Positions 14,046 through 24,000 of a stretch of DNA of 24,000 nucleotides are shown here, in pieces (the stretch's first letter is position 1; every line of letters starts with the position of its first letter). The stretch is from assembly GCA_031409515.1 (NCBI GenBank), contig JANNXJ010000051.1, positions 25,068-49,067 on the forward strand. Direction: 5' to 3'. A model generated the notes under the pieces. That model was given only the letters and a program-made list of their open reading frames with translations, searched no databases and was not told the origin of the DNA. This DNA is from Gammaproteobacteria bacterium. Its GTDB lineage: Bacteria; Pseudomonadota; Gammaproteobacteria; Steroidobacterales; GCA-2729495. Made by a program: the position numbers and the translations under genes.

Positions 14046-14588
14046 TTAGTCACTGGACGTGCCGGACTGGTCACCAGGGGTTACGTCAGGGGCGGCTGCC
14101 GCAGGTGCCGCAGGTGCCGCATCCTCCCCTTTCTCCGCCTGACTGAACAGAAACTTGCTCACCAACTGCTCCAGCACGATAGCCGACTGGGTGATTTCCA
14201 GCTGGCTGTTATCTGTCAGATAGGTTTCGGAACCACCCGGGCCGAGACCTACGTATTTACTGCCGAGCAATCCCGCCGTCAGGATACTGGCATCGGAATC
14301 ATCGGGGATCTTGTTGAACTGGGGGTTAATACGCAGCGTTACCAGGGCATCGAGGTTCTCATTGTCAAACACGATGCTCTCAACCCGGCCGATGTTGACG
14401 CCAGCCATGGTCACGGCTGAGCGCACCTTAAGTCCTGCCACATCATCGAAGCGGGCGGTAACCCGATAGCCCTTGTCGCCACCGTACTCTTCCATATCGG
14501 TGGTCTGGGTCGCCAGAAACAGCAGAGCGGCAAAACCCAGAAAAATGAACAGGCCGGTACCCAGTTCCCGCGTGCGCGTGGTTTCCAT
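14046..14588 (-). CDS. mlaD: MCE-domain protein MlaD
   Basis: An N-terminal TM anchor (LGTGLFIFLGFAALLFLA) is followed by the MCE domain YRVTARFDDVAGLKVRSAVTMAGVNIGRVESI. The position between mlaE and mlaC is as expected. Confidence 0.9.
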   Translation of the reverse strand: METTRTRELGTGLFIFLGFAALLFLATQTTDMEEYGGDKGYRVTARFDDVAGLKVRSAVTMAGVNIGRVESIVFDNENLDALVTLRINPQFNKIPDDSDASILTAGLLGSKYVGLGPGGSETYLTDNSQLEITQSAIVLEQLVSKFLFSQAEKGEDAAPAAPAAAAPDVTPGDQSGTSSD

Positions 14589-14601
14589 ATTCGCAACGTT
14601 C

Positions 14602-15369
14602 CTAGAGAAGGTAGGCAGTAATCAAATAGTCGAGGACCAGTACAAGGATCGACGTGGTCACCACCGTACGGGTAGTGGCCATGCCAACACCCTCGGCCGT
14701 CGGCGGGGAATTGTAACCCTCGTACACCGCCACGAGGCCGGCCGTAACGCCAAAAACAAAGCTCTTCAGGACCCCCTCGAAAATATCTTCCGGATCGACA
14801 AACTCCTGCATCTGGGACCAGAAGGCTCCGTTGTCGACGCCCATGACCCGGACACCGATGAACCAGGCACCCAGGATTCCAACCGCATTGAAAACGGCCG
14901 TCAGCAGGGGCACCGAAATTACAGCGCCGACAAAGCGCGGCGCGATGATCCGGCGAATGGGGTCGATCGCCATAACCTCCATGGCGGCCAGCTGGTCGGT
15001 GGCGCGCATCAGACCGATCTCGGATGCGAGGGCCGTGCCAGCCCGGCCAGCAAACAGTAAGGCCGTAACGACCGGGCCCAGTTCCTTGAACAGTGTCAGG
15101 GCAACACCCGCGCCCAGGATGTCCTCCTGCCGCAGTCGGGACAAGGAGTCGTAGCCCTGGAGACCGATGACCATGCCGACGAAGAACGCCGACGTCATGA
15201 TGATGACCAGCGACAGAACGCCGGAGTTGCGGACCTGCTGGGAGATCAGCCTGGGACGCGCCAGCGCCGCCGGACACTGCCGGAGAATCGCGAGCAGGAA
15301 GAGAATCACGGCACCCAGCTTGCGCAGGGACTCGAGCAGTCCGCCCCAGAGCTGGAGTGCCAGGGTCAC
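14602..15369 (-). CDS. mlaE: ABC transporter permease MlaE
   Basis: A multi-TM permease with FVGMVIGLQGY...ELGPVVTALLFAGRAGTALASEIGLMRATDQLAAMEVMAIDP, the MlaE signature. The GTG start overlaps the mlaF stop (GTGA). Confidence 0.9.
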   Translation of the reverse strand: MTLALQLWGGLLESLRKLGAVILFLLAILRQCPAALARPRLISQQVRNSGVLSLVIIMTSAFFVGMVIGLQGYDSLSRLRQEDILGAGVALTLFKELGPVVTALLFAGRAGTALASEIGLMRATDQLAAMEVMAIDPIRRIIAPRFVGAVISVPLLTAVFNAVGILGAWFIGVRVMGVDNGAFWSQMQEFVDPEDIFEGVLKSFVFGVTAGLVAVYEGYNSPPTAEGVGMATTRTVVTTSILVLVLDYLITAYLL

Positions 15370-16172
15370 CGCCCGGCTCCAAGCAACTGCTCGGCATAGT
15401 CAGGGGCGGGGTAATGAAAGGGTACCGGGCCATCGGCAGCGCCCGTCATGAACTGGCGGACGAGCTCTGATGGGCTGGCGGCGAGTTCCGTGGGCGCGCC
15501 CGAGGCAATGACCCGGCCCTCGGAAATGACGATGCAGTGATCAGCAATGTGGCTGATCTCGGCAACATCATGGGAGACAACGATGCTCGTGAGGCCAAGG
15601 GCATCGTTGTTGAGGCGAATCAGCCGCAGCACCACGCCCAGGGAAATGGGATCGAGTCCGGAAAACGGCTCGTCGTAGAGCAGCAGTTCCGGATCCAGCA
15701 CCATCGCCCTGGCCATCGCGACCCGCCGCGCCATGCCCCCGGACAGTTCCGTAGGCATCAGGTCGGCAGCACCGCGGAGGCCAACAGAGTTCAGCTTGGT
15801 GAGTACCACGTGGCGGATCAGCGCATCCGGCAGCCTGGTGTTCTCCCGGACAGGAAATGCGATGTTCTCGAAGACGTCAAGGTCAGTCAGCAGTGCGCTG
15901 TTCTGAAAGAGCATCCCCATGCGCCGCCGCAGGTCGAAGAGCGCGCTGCGGGACAACGCCGCCACGTTCTGCCCTGCCACCATCACGGTGCCCGCCTCCG
16001 GGCGAAGCTGGCCCGTGATCATCCGGAGGAGCGTCGTCTTGCCGGTGCCGCTCGGCCCCATAATCGCGGTAATGCTGCCCCGCCGGATGCCGAGATCCAG
16101 CCCGGAAAAGATCGGGCGCCCGGAACGTCGGAAATGGAGCCCGCTGATCTCGACGAGATTATCCGCTGTCAC
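15366..16172 (-). CDS. mlaF: ABC transporter ATP-binding protein MlaF
   Basis: Walker A GPSGTGKTTLL, ABC signature LSGGMARRVAMARA and Walker B LLLYDEPFSGLD. The start is uncertain. GTG 16172 (VTADNLVEISGLHF...) matches the E. coli MlaF N-terminus and lies 4 nt after the aldolase stop. The ORF is open to 16226, which would overlap fba by 50 nt. Confidence 0.88.
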   Translation of the reverse strand: MTADNLVEISGLHFRRSGRPIFSGLDLGIRRGSITAIMGPSGTGKTTLLRMITGQLRPEAGTVMVAGQNVAALSRSALFDLRRRMGMLFQNSALLTDLDVFENIAFPVRENTRLPDALIRHVVLTKLNSVGLRGAADLMPTELSGGMARRVAMARAMVLDPELLLYDEPFSGLDPISLGVVLRLIRLNNDALGLTSIVVSHDVAEISHIADHCIVISEGRVIASGAPTELAASPSELVRQFMTGAADGPVPFHYPAPDYAEQLLGAGR

Positions 16173-16176
16173 TGAA

Positions 16177-17193
16177 TCAGGCTGCTTCCATGTCGCGGCG
16201 ATACTGCCCGGCATGGGCCAGGCCATTGAGGCGGGCCCGCTTGAGGAAAGCCTCCTGCCCGGCCTTCACGCCCTCGGGCTTGCCACCCCAGGCTTTGAGG
16301 GAGGGCGCCTGCAGGGCACGACCGTATGAGAACGTTAGCTGCCAGGGCAGCGACCCCAGGGCGTTCATGGCGGAGAGATGCTCAGTGGATTCCTCGGGAC
16401 TCTGGCCGCCGGAGAGGAAGGCTATGCCGGGCACCAGCGCCGGAACCGTGCTCTTGAGACAGCGGATGGTCGCCTCCGCCACGTCACGGACCGTCGCCTT
16501 CTGCTTGCAGTCTTCGCCCGGCACAATCATGTTGGGTTTAAGAACCATCCCGGCAAGGTCAACCCGGTGGGCCCGCAACTCGATAAACGTGCGCTCCAGA
16601 GCCATCATGGTTACTTCCTCACAGCGGGCGAGGCTGTGGTCGCCGTCCATCAGAACTTCAGGCTCAACGATCGGGACGATACCCGCTTCCTGGCACAAGG
16701 CCGCATACCGGGCGAGTGCGTGGGCATTGGCCGACAGGCAGTAGTTCGTCGGCAAACCCGGCCCAATAGTGATGACAGCGCGCCACTTGGCAAACTTTGC
16801 GCCCAGCTCCGCGTACTCCTTGAGGCGCTCCCGCAGGCCATCAAGGCCTTCAGTGAGGGTCTCGCCGGGGAAGCCAGCCAGGGCCTTGGCGCCTGCATCG
16901 ACCTTGATACCGGGCAGCATCCCCTGCTGGGCCAGGTACCTGGGAAACGGCACCCCGCTGAGCGTCGACTGCCGCAGGGTTTCATCGTAGAGGATCACCC
17001 CGCTGATGTAATCGGCAGCCCTGGGTGCGGTGAAGAGCATGTCCCGATAAGCGCGCCGGCTATCAGCCGTGGATTCGAGGCGGATTGAATCGAAGCGCTT
17101 CTTGATGGTGCCCGAACTCTCGTCCGCGGCCAGGATCCCCTTACCGGGTAAAACCATCGCCTGTGCGATGGCAGCAAGAGACTGGGCACTCAT
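16177..17193 (-). CDS. fba: Fructose-bisphosphate aldolase, class I (eukaryote-like type)
   Basis: MSAQSLAAIAQAMVLPGKGILAADESSGTIKKRFDSI...ISGVILYDETLRQ...LAGMVLKPNM...FLSGGQS are canonical class I FBA motifs and include the Schiff-base Lys region. A GGAGG Shine-Dalgarno lies 8 nt before ATG 17193 (the ORF is open to 17253). Confidence 0.92.
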   Translation of the reverse strand: MSAQSLAAIAQAMVLPGKGILAADESSGTIKKRFDSIRLESTADSRRAYRDMLFTAPRAADYISGVILYDETLRQSTLSGVPFPRYLAQQGMLPGIKVDAGAKALAGFPGETLTEGLDGLRERLKEYAELGAKFAKWRAVITIGPGLPTNYCLSANAHALARYAALCQEAGIVPIVEPEVLMDGDHSLARCEEVTMMALERTFIELRAHRVDLAGMVLKPNMIVPGEDCKQKATVRDVAEATIRCLKSTVPALVPGIAFLSGGQSPEESTEHLSAMNALGSLPWQLTFSYGRALQAPSLKAWGGKPEGVKAGQEAFLKRARLNGLAHAGQYRRDMEAA

Positions 17194-17329
17194 GGCATAA
17201 ACCTCCGGTTCTTGAATTTCATCCCGCGCTGGGACGCGCTGACTGACCACCACGCCGGGGTCAGAGGCGCGGCGGGGAAGAATAGCAAATTCCCGGTCGC
17301 GACCGGCCCAAAGGGTTCCCCCAGGCGGG

Positions 17330-17354
17330 ATACTGGACTAAGATAGTCCCATAT
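17330..17354. promoter_or_regulatory. Candidate Rrf2/IscR type-1-like operator
   Basis: The sequence ATACTGGACTAAGATAGTCCCATAT matches the E. coli IscR type-1 consensus ATASYYGACTRWWWYAGTCRRSTAT at 20 of 25 positions by my count. The core GGACTA-AGA-TAGTCC (17335-17349) is a perfect inverted repeat. It ends 17 nt upstream of the Rrf2 regulator start codon. Confidence 0.6.
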
Positions 17355-17371
17355 AGATTTGGCCCCGAATT

Positions 17372-17881
17372 ATGCTCCGCATCAGCAAACTGACTGACTA
17401 CGGCACGATGATCCTGGTGCATCTGGCCGTGCAGGCCCGTGGGGCAAAGGACGGCGTCGTGGACCCTGAGCACCTGTGCTCTGCCAGCGATGTTGCTTCT
17501 GGAACGCGCCTGGCACTCCCGACAGTGCAGAAGCTTCTCAAGGTGCTGGCCCGGAGCGAACTCGTGCGGTCTGTCCGCGGTTCTGAGGGTGGCTACGCGC
17601 TGGCACGGAATCCGGCGACGATCACCGCAGCGGAAATTCTCGACGTCTTTGAGGGTCCGCTCAGCATCACCGAGTGCAGTACCGCCGACAGCCGGTGCGA
17701 ACTGGAGGATGGCTGCCCGACCGGCGGTGCCTGGCAGAAGATCAACCGGGGCATTCGTGGAGCCCTCGATGAGATAACCCTGGCGGACCTCGCCCACCCG
17801 CCCCGGGAGTTTCCGCTGGTGGATCTGTCTGGCCGCTCCAGCCGGCTGCGCCACCGCCCTCCTACCCCTGGCCAAGGATGA
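17372..17881 (+). CDS. Rrf2-family (IscR-like) SUF-system Fe-S assembly regulator
   Basis: N-terminal winged HTH (MLRISKLTDYGTMILVHLA...LPTVQKLLKVLARSELVRSVRGSEGGYALA) and a three-Cys cluster-ligand motif C-x6-C-x5-C (ECSTADSRCELEDGC). It is the first gene of the suf operon. Confidence 0.88.
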   Translation: MLRISKLTDYGTMILVHLAVQARGAKDGVVDPEHLCSASDVASGTRLALPTVQKLLKVLARSELVRSVRGSEGGYALARNPATITAAEILDVFEGPLSITECSTADSRCELEDGCPTGGAWQKINRGIRGALDEITLADLAHPPREFPLVDLSGRSSRLRHRPPTPGQG

Positions 17882-17887
17882 GCTGAC

Positions 17888-19335
<1,448 letters not shown>

Positions 19336-19339
<4 letters not shown>

Positions 19340-20097
19340 GCACGTTGCTGGAAGTCTCTGGTCTCCGCGTAGCGGTAGGTGGCAAGGAGATCCTGACGGG
19401 TCTCGATCTTGTGGTTCGCGCTGGTGAGGTCCACGCGATCATGGGCCCGAACGGCTCGGGCAAGAGCACACTGGCCCACGTTTTGTCCGGGCGGGACGGT
19501 TACGTAGTCACTGGGGGCTCGGTGAGCTATCAGGGCCTTGACCTGCTCGCCATGGCTCCCGAAGAACGCGCCAGGGCTGGCCTGTTTCTCGGCTTCCAGT
19601 ATCCGGTCGAGATCCCTGGCGTCAGTAACGTCTACCTGCTGCGCTCGGCGCTGAATGCCCGCAGATCCGCCCGGGGGGAGAGTGAGATCGATGCAGCGGG
19701 TTTTCTGCGCCTGGTGAAAGCCAAGGCGCGACTGATGCAGATGGATGAGAGCTTCCTGCAGAGGGGTGTCAATGAGGGGTTCTCTGGCGGCGAGAAAAAG
19801 CGCAACGAGATCTTCCAGATGGCGGTCCTCGAACCCGTCCTTGCCATCCTCGACGAGACAGACTCAGGACTGGATATTGATGCCCTGAAGATCGTGTCAA
19901 ATGGCGTCAACAGCCTGCGAGACCCTGCGCGGGCCTTTATCCTGGTGACTCACTATCAGCGGCTGCTGGACTACATCAGGCCGGATTTCGTGCACGTCCT
20001 GGCCGGCGGCCGCATCATTCGTACCGGCGACCATACGCTGGCCCTTGAACTGGAGGCGGACGGTTACGAACAGATCCTCGCCGCTGCCAGTACCTGA
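19336..20097 (+). CDS. sufC: Fe-S cluster assembly ATPase SufC
   Basis: [17 protein letters not shown] (Walker A), [22 protein letters not shown] and [15 protein letters not shown]. The TTG start overlaps the sufB stop (TTGA). Confidence 0.95.
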
Positions 20098-20107
20098 GGC
20101 AATCGCC

Positions 20108-21448
20108 GTGGCGCCATCAACGATGCGGGAGGACACCCGCGACCAGACGGGCAACCGCCGCCCCTGGCAAGTCGCTGCAGAGCAATTAAGCCACACGGCC
20201 TCTGGACTCGACTGGCTGACTGAACGCCGCACCGCTGCCCTGGTCCGCGCAGACCGCCTCGGCCTGCCCGACCAGAGCCAGGAAGAGTGGCGGTACACGA
20301 GTCTCACTCCGTTTGCGCGGCGCTGGCTGGATCACCTGGCCGGGGCGCGCCTGCCTGCCGTCCCGGAACCGGTGCCCCCCACCCTGGCAGGCGTATTCAG
20401 CGTGGACATCGTCGACGGAATGCTCTGTGCTCCTCTGCTCGCGACCCCGCCAGGCCTCACGATACAGTCGCTCCAGAACCTTGGCGCGGAGTGGCGGACA
20501 CGGGTGGAAGCGCTGCTTGGAAGCGCGGTGAGCCCTACAGACACCTCCGCCAGCGACAGTCTGATAGATCTCAATACGGCCTTGCTGACTGACCTGATAC
20601 TGGTTACGACAGAACCGGGAGCCAGCGTGGCAATACCCATTCATATGCGGCTTCAGGCCACTGCCGCATCGGCGCTTTGCCAGACCAGACTGCTGGTCGA
20701 TCTGGCGGCAGGCAGCAGGCTGACCCTGAGCCTGGAGTTCACCGGGACAGCCGGTGTCCTGGTGAATGCTGTCTCCCAGATGTGTCTGGGCCGGGACAGC
20801 GAGCTGAACCTGGTCCGCGTGCAGGCGCTGCCCGATGACGGCATGCTCCTGGAGTCGACGAGCATCGAGGCCAATGATTCTGCTGCCGTCACGGTCACCA
20901 GCGTCGATCTCGGCGGGCAGCTCAGTCGACAGTCCCTGACGGTGCGCCTGGCCGGAACCGGAGCCAGCGCCACCGTGCATGGGCTGTTCCTCGCCGACGG
21001 CCAGCGCCATATAGACAACCGCACAAGGTTGCAGCACGAGGCCCCGTCGACGACCAGTCGGGAGTTCTTCCGGGGCATCGCCGCTGACCATGGCCACGGA
21101 GTGTTCAGCGGCAAGATCATCGTGCAGCCCGGAGCGGCAGGCAGCAACGCTGCTCTGACCAACCGCAATCTCCTGCTCACGACGACGGCGGAGATCGATA
21201 CGAAGCCCGAGCTGGAGATCTATGTGGACGACGTCCGCTGCAGCCACGGTGCAACCACAGGGCAGCTGGACGCCAACGCCCTCTTCTACCTGCAATCCCG
21301 GGGACTCGATCTGAGCACCGCCCGGCAGGTGCTCACAGCGGCATTTCTGCGGGATAGCCTCACCGGCATTCCCTTGCCTGAACTCCGCGAACGGCTGGAA
21401 GCGCGGCTCGAGAGCCGCTTGCAGGCTCAGACCGGGGCCGCACGGTGA
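20108..21448 (+). CDS. sufD: Fe-S cluster assembly protein SufD
   Basis: EEWRYTSL near the N-terminus. The C-terminal part reads ...TKPELEIYVDDVRCSHGATTGQLDANALFYLQSRGL, the SufBD-family signature. The start is uncertain: GTG 20108 has a weak TGAGG Shine-Dalgarno, and ATG 20123 is the alternative. The ORF is open from 20045, inside sufC. Confidence 0.9.
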   Translation: MAPSTMREDTRDQTGNRRPWQVAAEQLSHTASGLDWLTERRTAALVRADRLGLPDQSQEEWRYTSLTPFARRWLDHLAGARLPAVPEPVPPTLAGVFSVDIVDGMLCAPLLATPPGLTIQSLQNLGAEWRTRVEALLGSAVSPTDTSASDSLIDLNTALLTDLILVTTEPGASVAIPIHMRLQATAASALCQTRLLVDLAAGSRLTLSLEFTGTAGVLVNAVSQMCLGRDSELNLVRVQALPDDGMLLESTSIEANDSAAVTVTSVDLGGQLSRQSLTVRLAGTGASATVHGLFLADGQRHIDNRTRLQHEAPSTTSREFFRGIAADHGHGVFSGKIIVQPGAAGSNAALTNRNLLLTTTAEIDTKPELEIYVDDVRCSHGATTGQLDANALFYLQSRGLDLSTARQVLTAAFLRDSLTGIPLPELRERLEARLESRLQAQTGAAR

Positions 21449-22683
21449 GCCTGATTACTGCCAGCCCCCCGCTGGACGTCGAGACCATCCGGGGCGACTT
21501 TCCGATACTTGCACAGCAGGTCAATGGTCATCCGCTGGCCTACCTCGACAACGCGGCTTCATCCCAGCGACCGCTGCAGGTTCTTGAAGCCATGCAGAAC
21601 TACTACACCCACGATCATGCCAACGTGCACCGGGGTGTCCACAGCCTCAGCCACCGGGCAACGGACCACTATGAAGCAGCGCGGGAAACCGTCCGGGCCT
21701 TCGTTAATGCCGCATCAGTGCGGGAGATCATCTTCACCCGGGGTACTACTGAAGCGATCAACCTGGTCGCTTTCAGTTTCGGTCAGCGACTGCAGGCAGG
21801 CGATGAGATCCTCATTACGGCAATGGAGCATCACTCCAACATAGTGCCCTGGCAACTGCTCTGCGAGCGCAGCGGTGCCGTCCTCCGGGTTGCCCCCATC
21901 AACGACGCGGGCGAACTCGTTCTTCCCGAATTCATGGCACTGCTCGGTCCGCGGACGAAGCTGGTGGCAATCACCCACGTTTCCAATGCACTGGGCACGG
22001 TCAATCCGGTAAAGGTACTCATTGCCGCCGCCCGGAGCCGGGGCATACCGGTGCTGCTGGACGGCGCACAGGCGATCCCCCACCAGGCTGTGGATGTCCG
22101 GGACCTGGACTGCGACTTCTACGCCTTCTCGGGCCACAAGATGTGCGGACCCACCGGCATTGGCGTGCTCTACGGTCGCGAGGCCATGCTCCAGGATCTG
22201 CCGCCTTTCCAGAGTGGCGGGGACATGATCCTTACCGTCAGCTTCAAGGGCACCACCTATAACGAACTCCCCTACCGGTTCGAGGCGGGCACGCCCCACA
22301 TCGCCGGGGCGATCGGCCTCGCTGCCGCCATCAACTACCTCACCCGCCTTGGCCTGCCGAGCATCGCCGCCTGGGAGGCCGGACTGCTCAGCTACGCTAC
22401 GGAGTTGCTGCTGCAGCTTCCGGGCCTGTCGATTGTTGGTACTGCACGGGACAAAGCCAGCCTGGTCTCCTTCAATATCGCGGGCATCCACCCCCACGAT
22501 CTGGGCACTATCCTCGACCAGCGCGGCGTGGCAATCCGGGCCGGCCACCACTGCGCCATGCCGGTGATGGAGCGCTTTGGCCTGGCGGGTACGGCGCGGG
22601 CCTCCTTCGCCTTCTACAACACCCGCGGGGAGATCGACCAGCTACTGGACGCCCTGCGCCTTGCCCAACGGATGTTCGCCTGA
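21445..22683 (+). CDS. sufS: Cysteine desulfurase SufS (group II)
   Basis: IRGDFPILAQQVNGHPLAYLDNAASSQRP, the PLP-Lys region FYAFSGHKMCGPTGIGVLYG, and the catalytic Cys in RAGHHCAMP. The GTG start overlaps the sufD stop (GTGA). Confidence 0.95.
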   Translation: MSLITASPPLDVETIRGDFPILAQQVNGHPLAYLDNAASSQRPLQVLEAMQNYYTHDHANVHRGVHSLSHRATDHYEAARETVRAFVNAASVREIIFTRGTTEAINLVAFSFGQRLQAGDEILITAMEHHSNIVPWQLLCERSGAVLRVAPINDAGELVLPEFMALLGPRTKLVAITHVSNALGTVNPVKVLIAAARSRGIPVLLDGAQAIPHQAVDVRDLDCDFYAFSGHKMCGPTGIGVLYGREAMLQDLPPFQSGGDMILTVSFKGTTYNELPYRFEAGTPHIAGAIGLAAAINYLTRLGLPSIAAWEAGLLSYATELLLQLPGLSIVGTARDKASLVSFNIAGIHPHDLGTILDQRGVAIRAGHHCAMPVMERFGLAGTARASFAFYNTRGEIDQLLDALRLAQRMFA

Positions 22684-23153
22684 TGTCCGCGCCCGTCAGG
22701 GAGTTGACCGACCTTTACCGGCAGATCGTTCTGGATCACAGCCGTCACCCGCGCCACCAGGGTCGGCCCGAGCATTACAACCGGGAGGCGGAGGGCCACA
22801 ATCCCCTCTGCGGCGACAAGGTCCGGATCTATCTTCAGCTGCAGGATGATCTGCTGCAGGATGTCACCTTCGAGGCCTCCGGCTGTGCCATCTGTCTGGC
22901 CTCGGCTTCCCTGATGGCCGAGACAGTGCGCCGGCGCCCACTGCTTGAGGCCAGGGCTTCCGTCGACGAGTTCGACAGGGCTTTGTCGACCGGTGCTGGC
23001 GCCACCCTGACTGGAGATCTCGCGGCACTTGGAGGGGTCAGTCAGTATCCCTCCCGTATCCGGTGCGCCACACTGCCCTGGAAAACACTCCTGGCTGCAA
23101 TGGATGCAACCTCCGCGACAGTGACTACCGAACAAGAGAGCATCCAGCGATGA
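22683..23153 (+). CDS. sufU: SufU/IscU-like (NifU N-terminal family) sulfur-transfer or scaffold protein
   Basis: LYRQIVLDHSRHPRH..., NPLCGDKV, FEASGCAICLASASLM and RIRCATLPW give the Cys/Asp ligand set and overall pattern of SUF-associated NifU-family proteins. The start overlaps the sufS stop (TGATG). Confidence 0.8.
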   Translation: MSAPVRELTDLYRQIVLDHSRHPRHQGRPEHYNREAEGHNPLCGDKVRIYLQLQDDLLQDVTFEASGCAICLASASLMAETVRRRPLLEARASVDEFDRALSTGAGATLTGDLAALGGVSQYPSRIRCATLPWKTLLAAMDATSATVTTEQESIQR

Positions 23154-23701
23154 ACAGCGCAGACAATGAACCGGTCGTGGTGAGGCGCGACGTGGAAGGA
23201 CTCATGGTGCCGTCCGGGGTCCCCGTGGTGCTCCCCACGGACTCCCTCGTCTACATCACCCAGGCCATGGGCGGAAGCTTTACGGTCTATTTTGAAGGGA
23301 ACCTCGTTCGCGTCCCGGGCAAGGATGCGGATGCCCTGGGGAAAGAGTCCGTAACCCCGCCGGCCCTGCCTGACGACGCCACCGATGAGCAATTCGAGGC
23401 ACTCGCGTGGGAGCAGCTGAAGACCATCTACGACCCCGAGATTCCGATCAACATCGTGGAGCTCGGGCTCGTTTATGAATGCGCCATTCGCCGCCTGGAA
23501 TCCGGGTTGCGCGCAGTCAGCCTGCGCATGACCGTTACGGCGCCGGGCTGCGGCATGGGGGAGATCCTGGTGGAGGAGGCACGGCAGAAGATCAGTATCA
23601 TTCCGACCGTCGGAGAAGTGGACGTGCAGCTGGTCTTTGATCCGCCGTGGAGCCAGGACATGATGTCGGAAGCCGCGCGGCTCGAAGCCGGACTGATGTA
23701 G
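23150..23701 (+). CDS. sufT: SufT-type (long form) DUF59-domain Fe-S assembly protein
   Basis: The C-terminal DUF59/MIP18 domain reads LKTIYDPEIPINIVELGLVY...MTVTAPGCGMGE...VDVQLVFDPPWSQDMMSEAARL. It is preceded by an approximately 80-aa N-terminal region, as in long SufT. ATG 23150 overlaps the sufU stop (ATGA). The ORF is open from 23063. Confidence 0.8.
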   Translation: MNSADNEPVVVRRDVEGLMVPSGVPVVLPTDSLVYITQAMGGSFTVYFEGNLVRVPGKDADALGKESVTPPALPDDATDEQFEALAWEQLKTIYDPEIPINIVELGLVYECAIRRLESGLRAVSLRMTVTAPGCGMGEILVEEARQKISIIPTVGEVDVQLVFDPPWSQDMMSEAARLEAGLM

Positions 23702-23719
23702 CCAGAGGTATCAGCAATA

Positions 23720-24000
23720 ATGCGCCGCCAGTTAACCCTGCTTCGGCACGCCAAGTCTTCCTGGGACGACACCAGGCTCAAAGACCAGCAGCGGCCACTG
23801 AACGACCGGGGAGAGAAAGACGCTCCCCTGATGGGCAAGCGACTGCTCGCCCGGGGTGCGCGACCCACGCTGATTATCACCAGCCCTGCAGTCCGCGCCC
23901 GCCGTACGGCCCAGATTATCGCCAGGGAAATTGGCTATCCCCTGGAATTCCTCCAGCGGGAAGAAGACCTGTACCTGGCAGCGCCCGCTGAGATCATCGC
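23720..24000 (+). CDS. Histidine phosphatase family protein (SixA-like). The 3' end runs off the window.
   Basis: This ORF is not in the supplied track because it has no stop inside the window. Hand translation from ATG 23720 gives MRRQLTLLRHAKSSWDDTRLKDQQRPLNDRGEKDAPLMGKRLLARGARPTLIITSPAVRARRTAQII.... It carries the RHA/RHG catalytic motif and the SP..RA..TA pattern of SixA-type phosphohistidine phosphatases. Confidence 0.75.
   Translation, partial: MRRQLTLLRHAKSSWDDTRLKDQQRPLNDRGEKDAPLMGKRLLARGARPTLIITSPAVRARRTAQIIAREIGYPLEFLQREEDLYLAAPAEII

Noticed and set aside
14411-15433. 340-aa minus-strand ORF overlapping mlaD, mlaE and mlaF in another frame
   Set aside because: It is out of frame with three well-supported mla genes, and its translation is Arg/Gly/Pro-rich.
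17280-17292. Possible Fur box (GAATAGCAAATTC) upstream of the suf operon
   Set aside because: Only the GAAT...ATTC ends are symmetric. The match to the 19-bp Fur consensus GATAATGATAATCATTATC is poor, so this is not enough to call.

Overview
GC-rich, densely coding chromosomal window. The synteny looks gammaproteobacterial (short bamC-like gene and dapA divergent from gcvR-bcp, then bepA, mlaA, mlaFEDCB). I cannot assign a genus from sequence alone. I support 29 protein-coding genes, one tRNA-Ser(GGA) and a few candidate regulatory sites. From left to right the window holds: (i) an Mrp/ApbC Fe-S carrier ATPase with a DUF971-like C-terminus, which is cut by the window edge. (ii) A tightly packed five-gene plus-strand block (1317-6765), the most unusual content here. 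It encodes a DUF2845-like secreted protein, a DltB/MBOAT-like polytopic membrane protein, an adenylate-forming ligase, a DltC-like carrier protein and an LtaS-type (lipoteichoic-acid-synthase family) phosphoglycerol transferase. This is a 'dlt + ltaS'-like envelope-modification module in an apparently diderm genome, with no DltD. (iii) A convergent AraC-family regulator, an orphan ORF and tRNA-Ser. (iv) Conserved housekeeping genes: mini-BamC, DapA, GcvR, Bcp, BepA, MlaA and MlaFEDCB, with a class I aldolase 4 nt upstream of mlaF. (v) An Rrf2-regulated sufBCDS-sufU-sufT operon with an IscR type-1-like operator upstream, followed by a SixA-like histidine phosphatase that runs off the right edge. 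I found no CRISPR array, IS element, integrase or prophage gene. All functional calls rest on motifs read by eye in the supplied translations. No database search was run.
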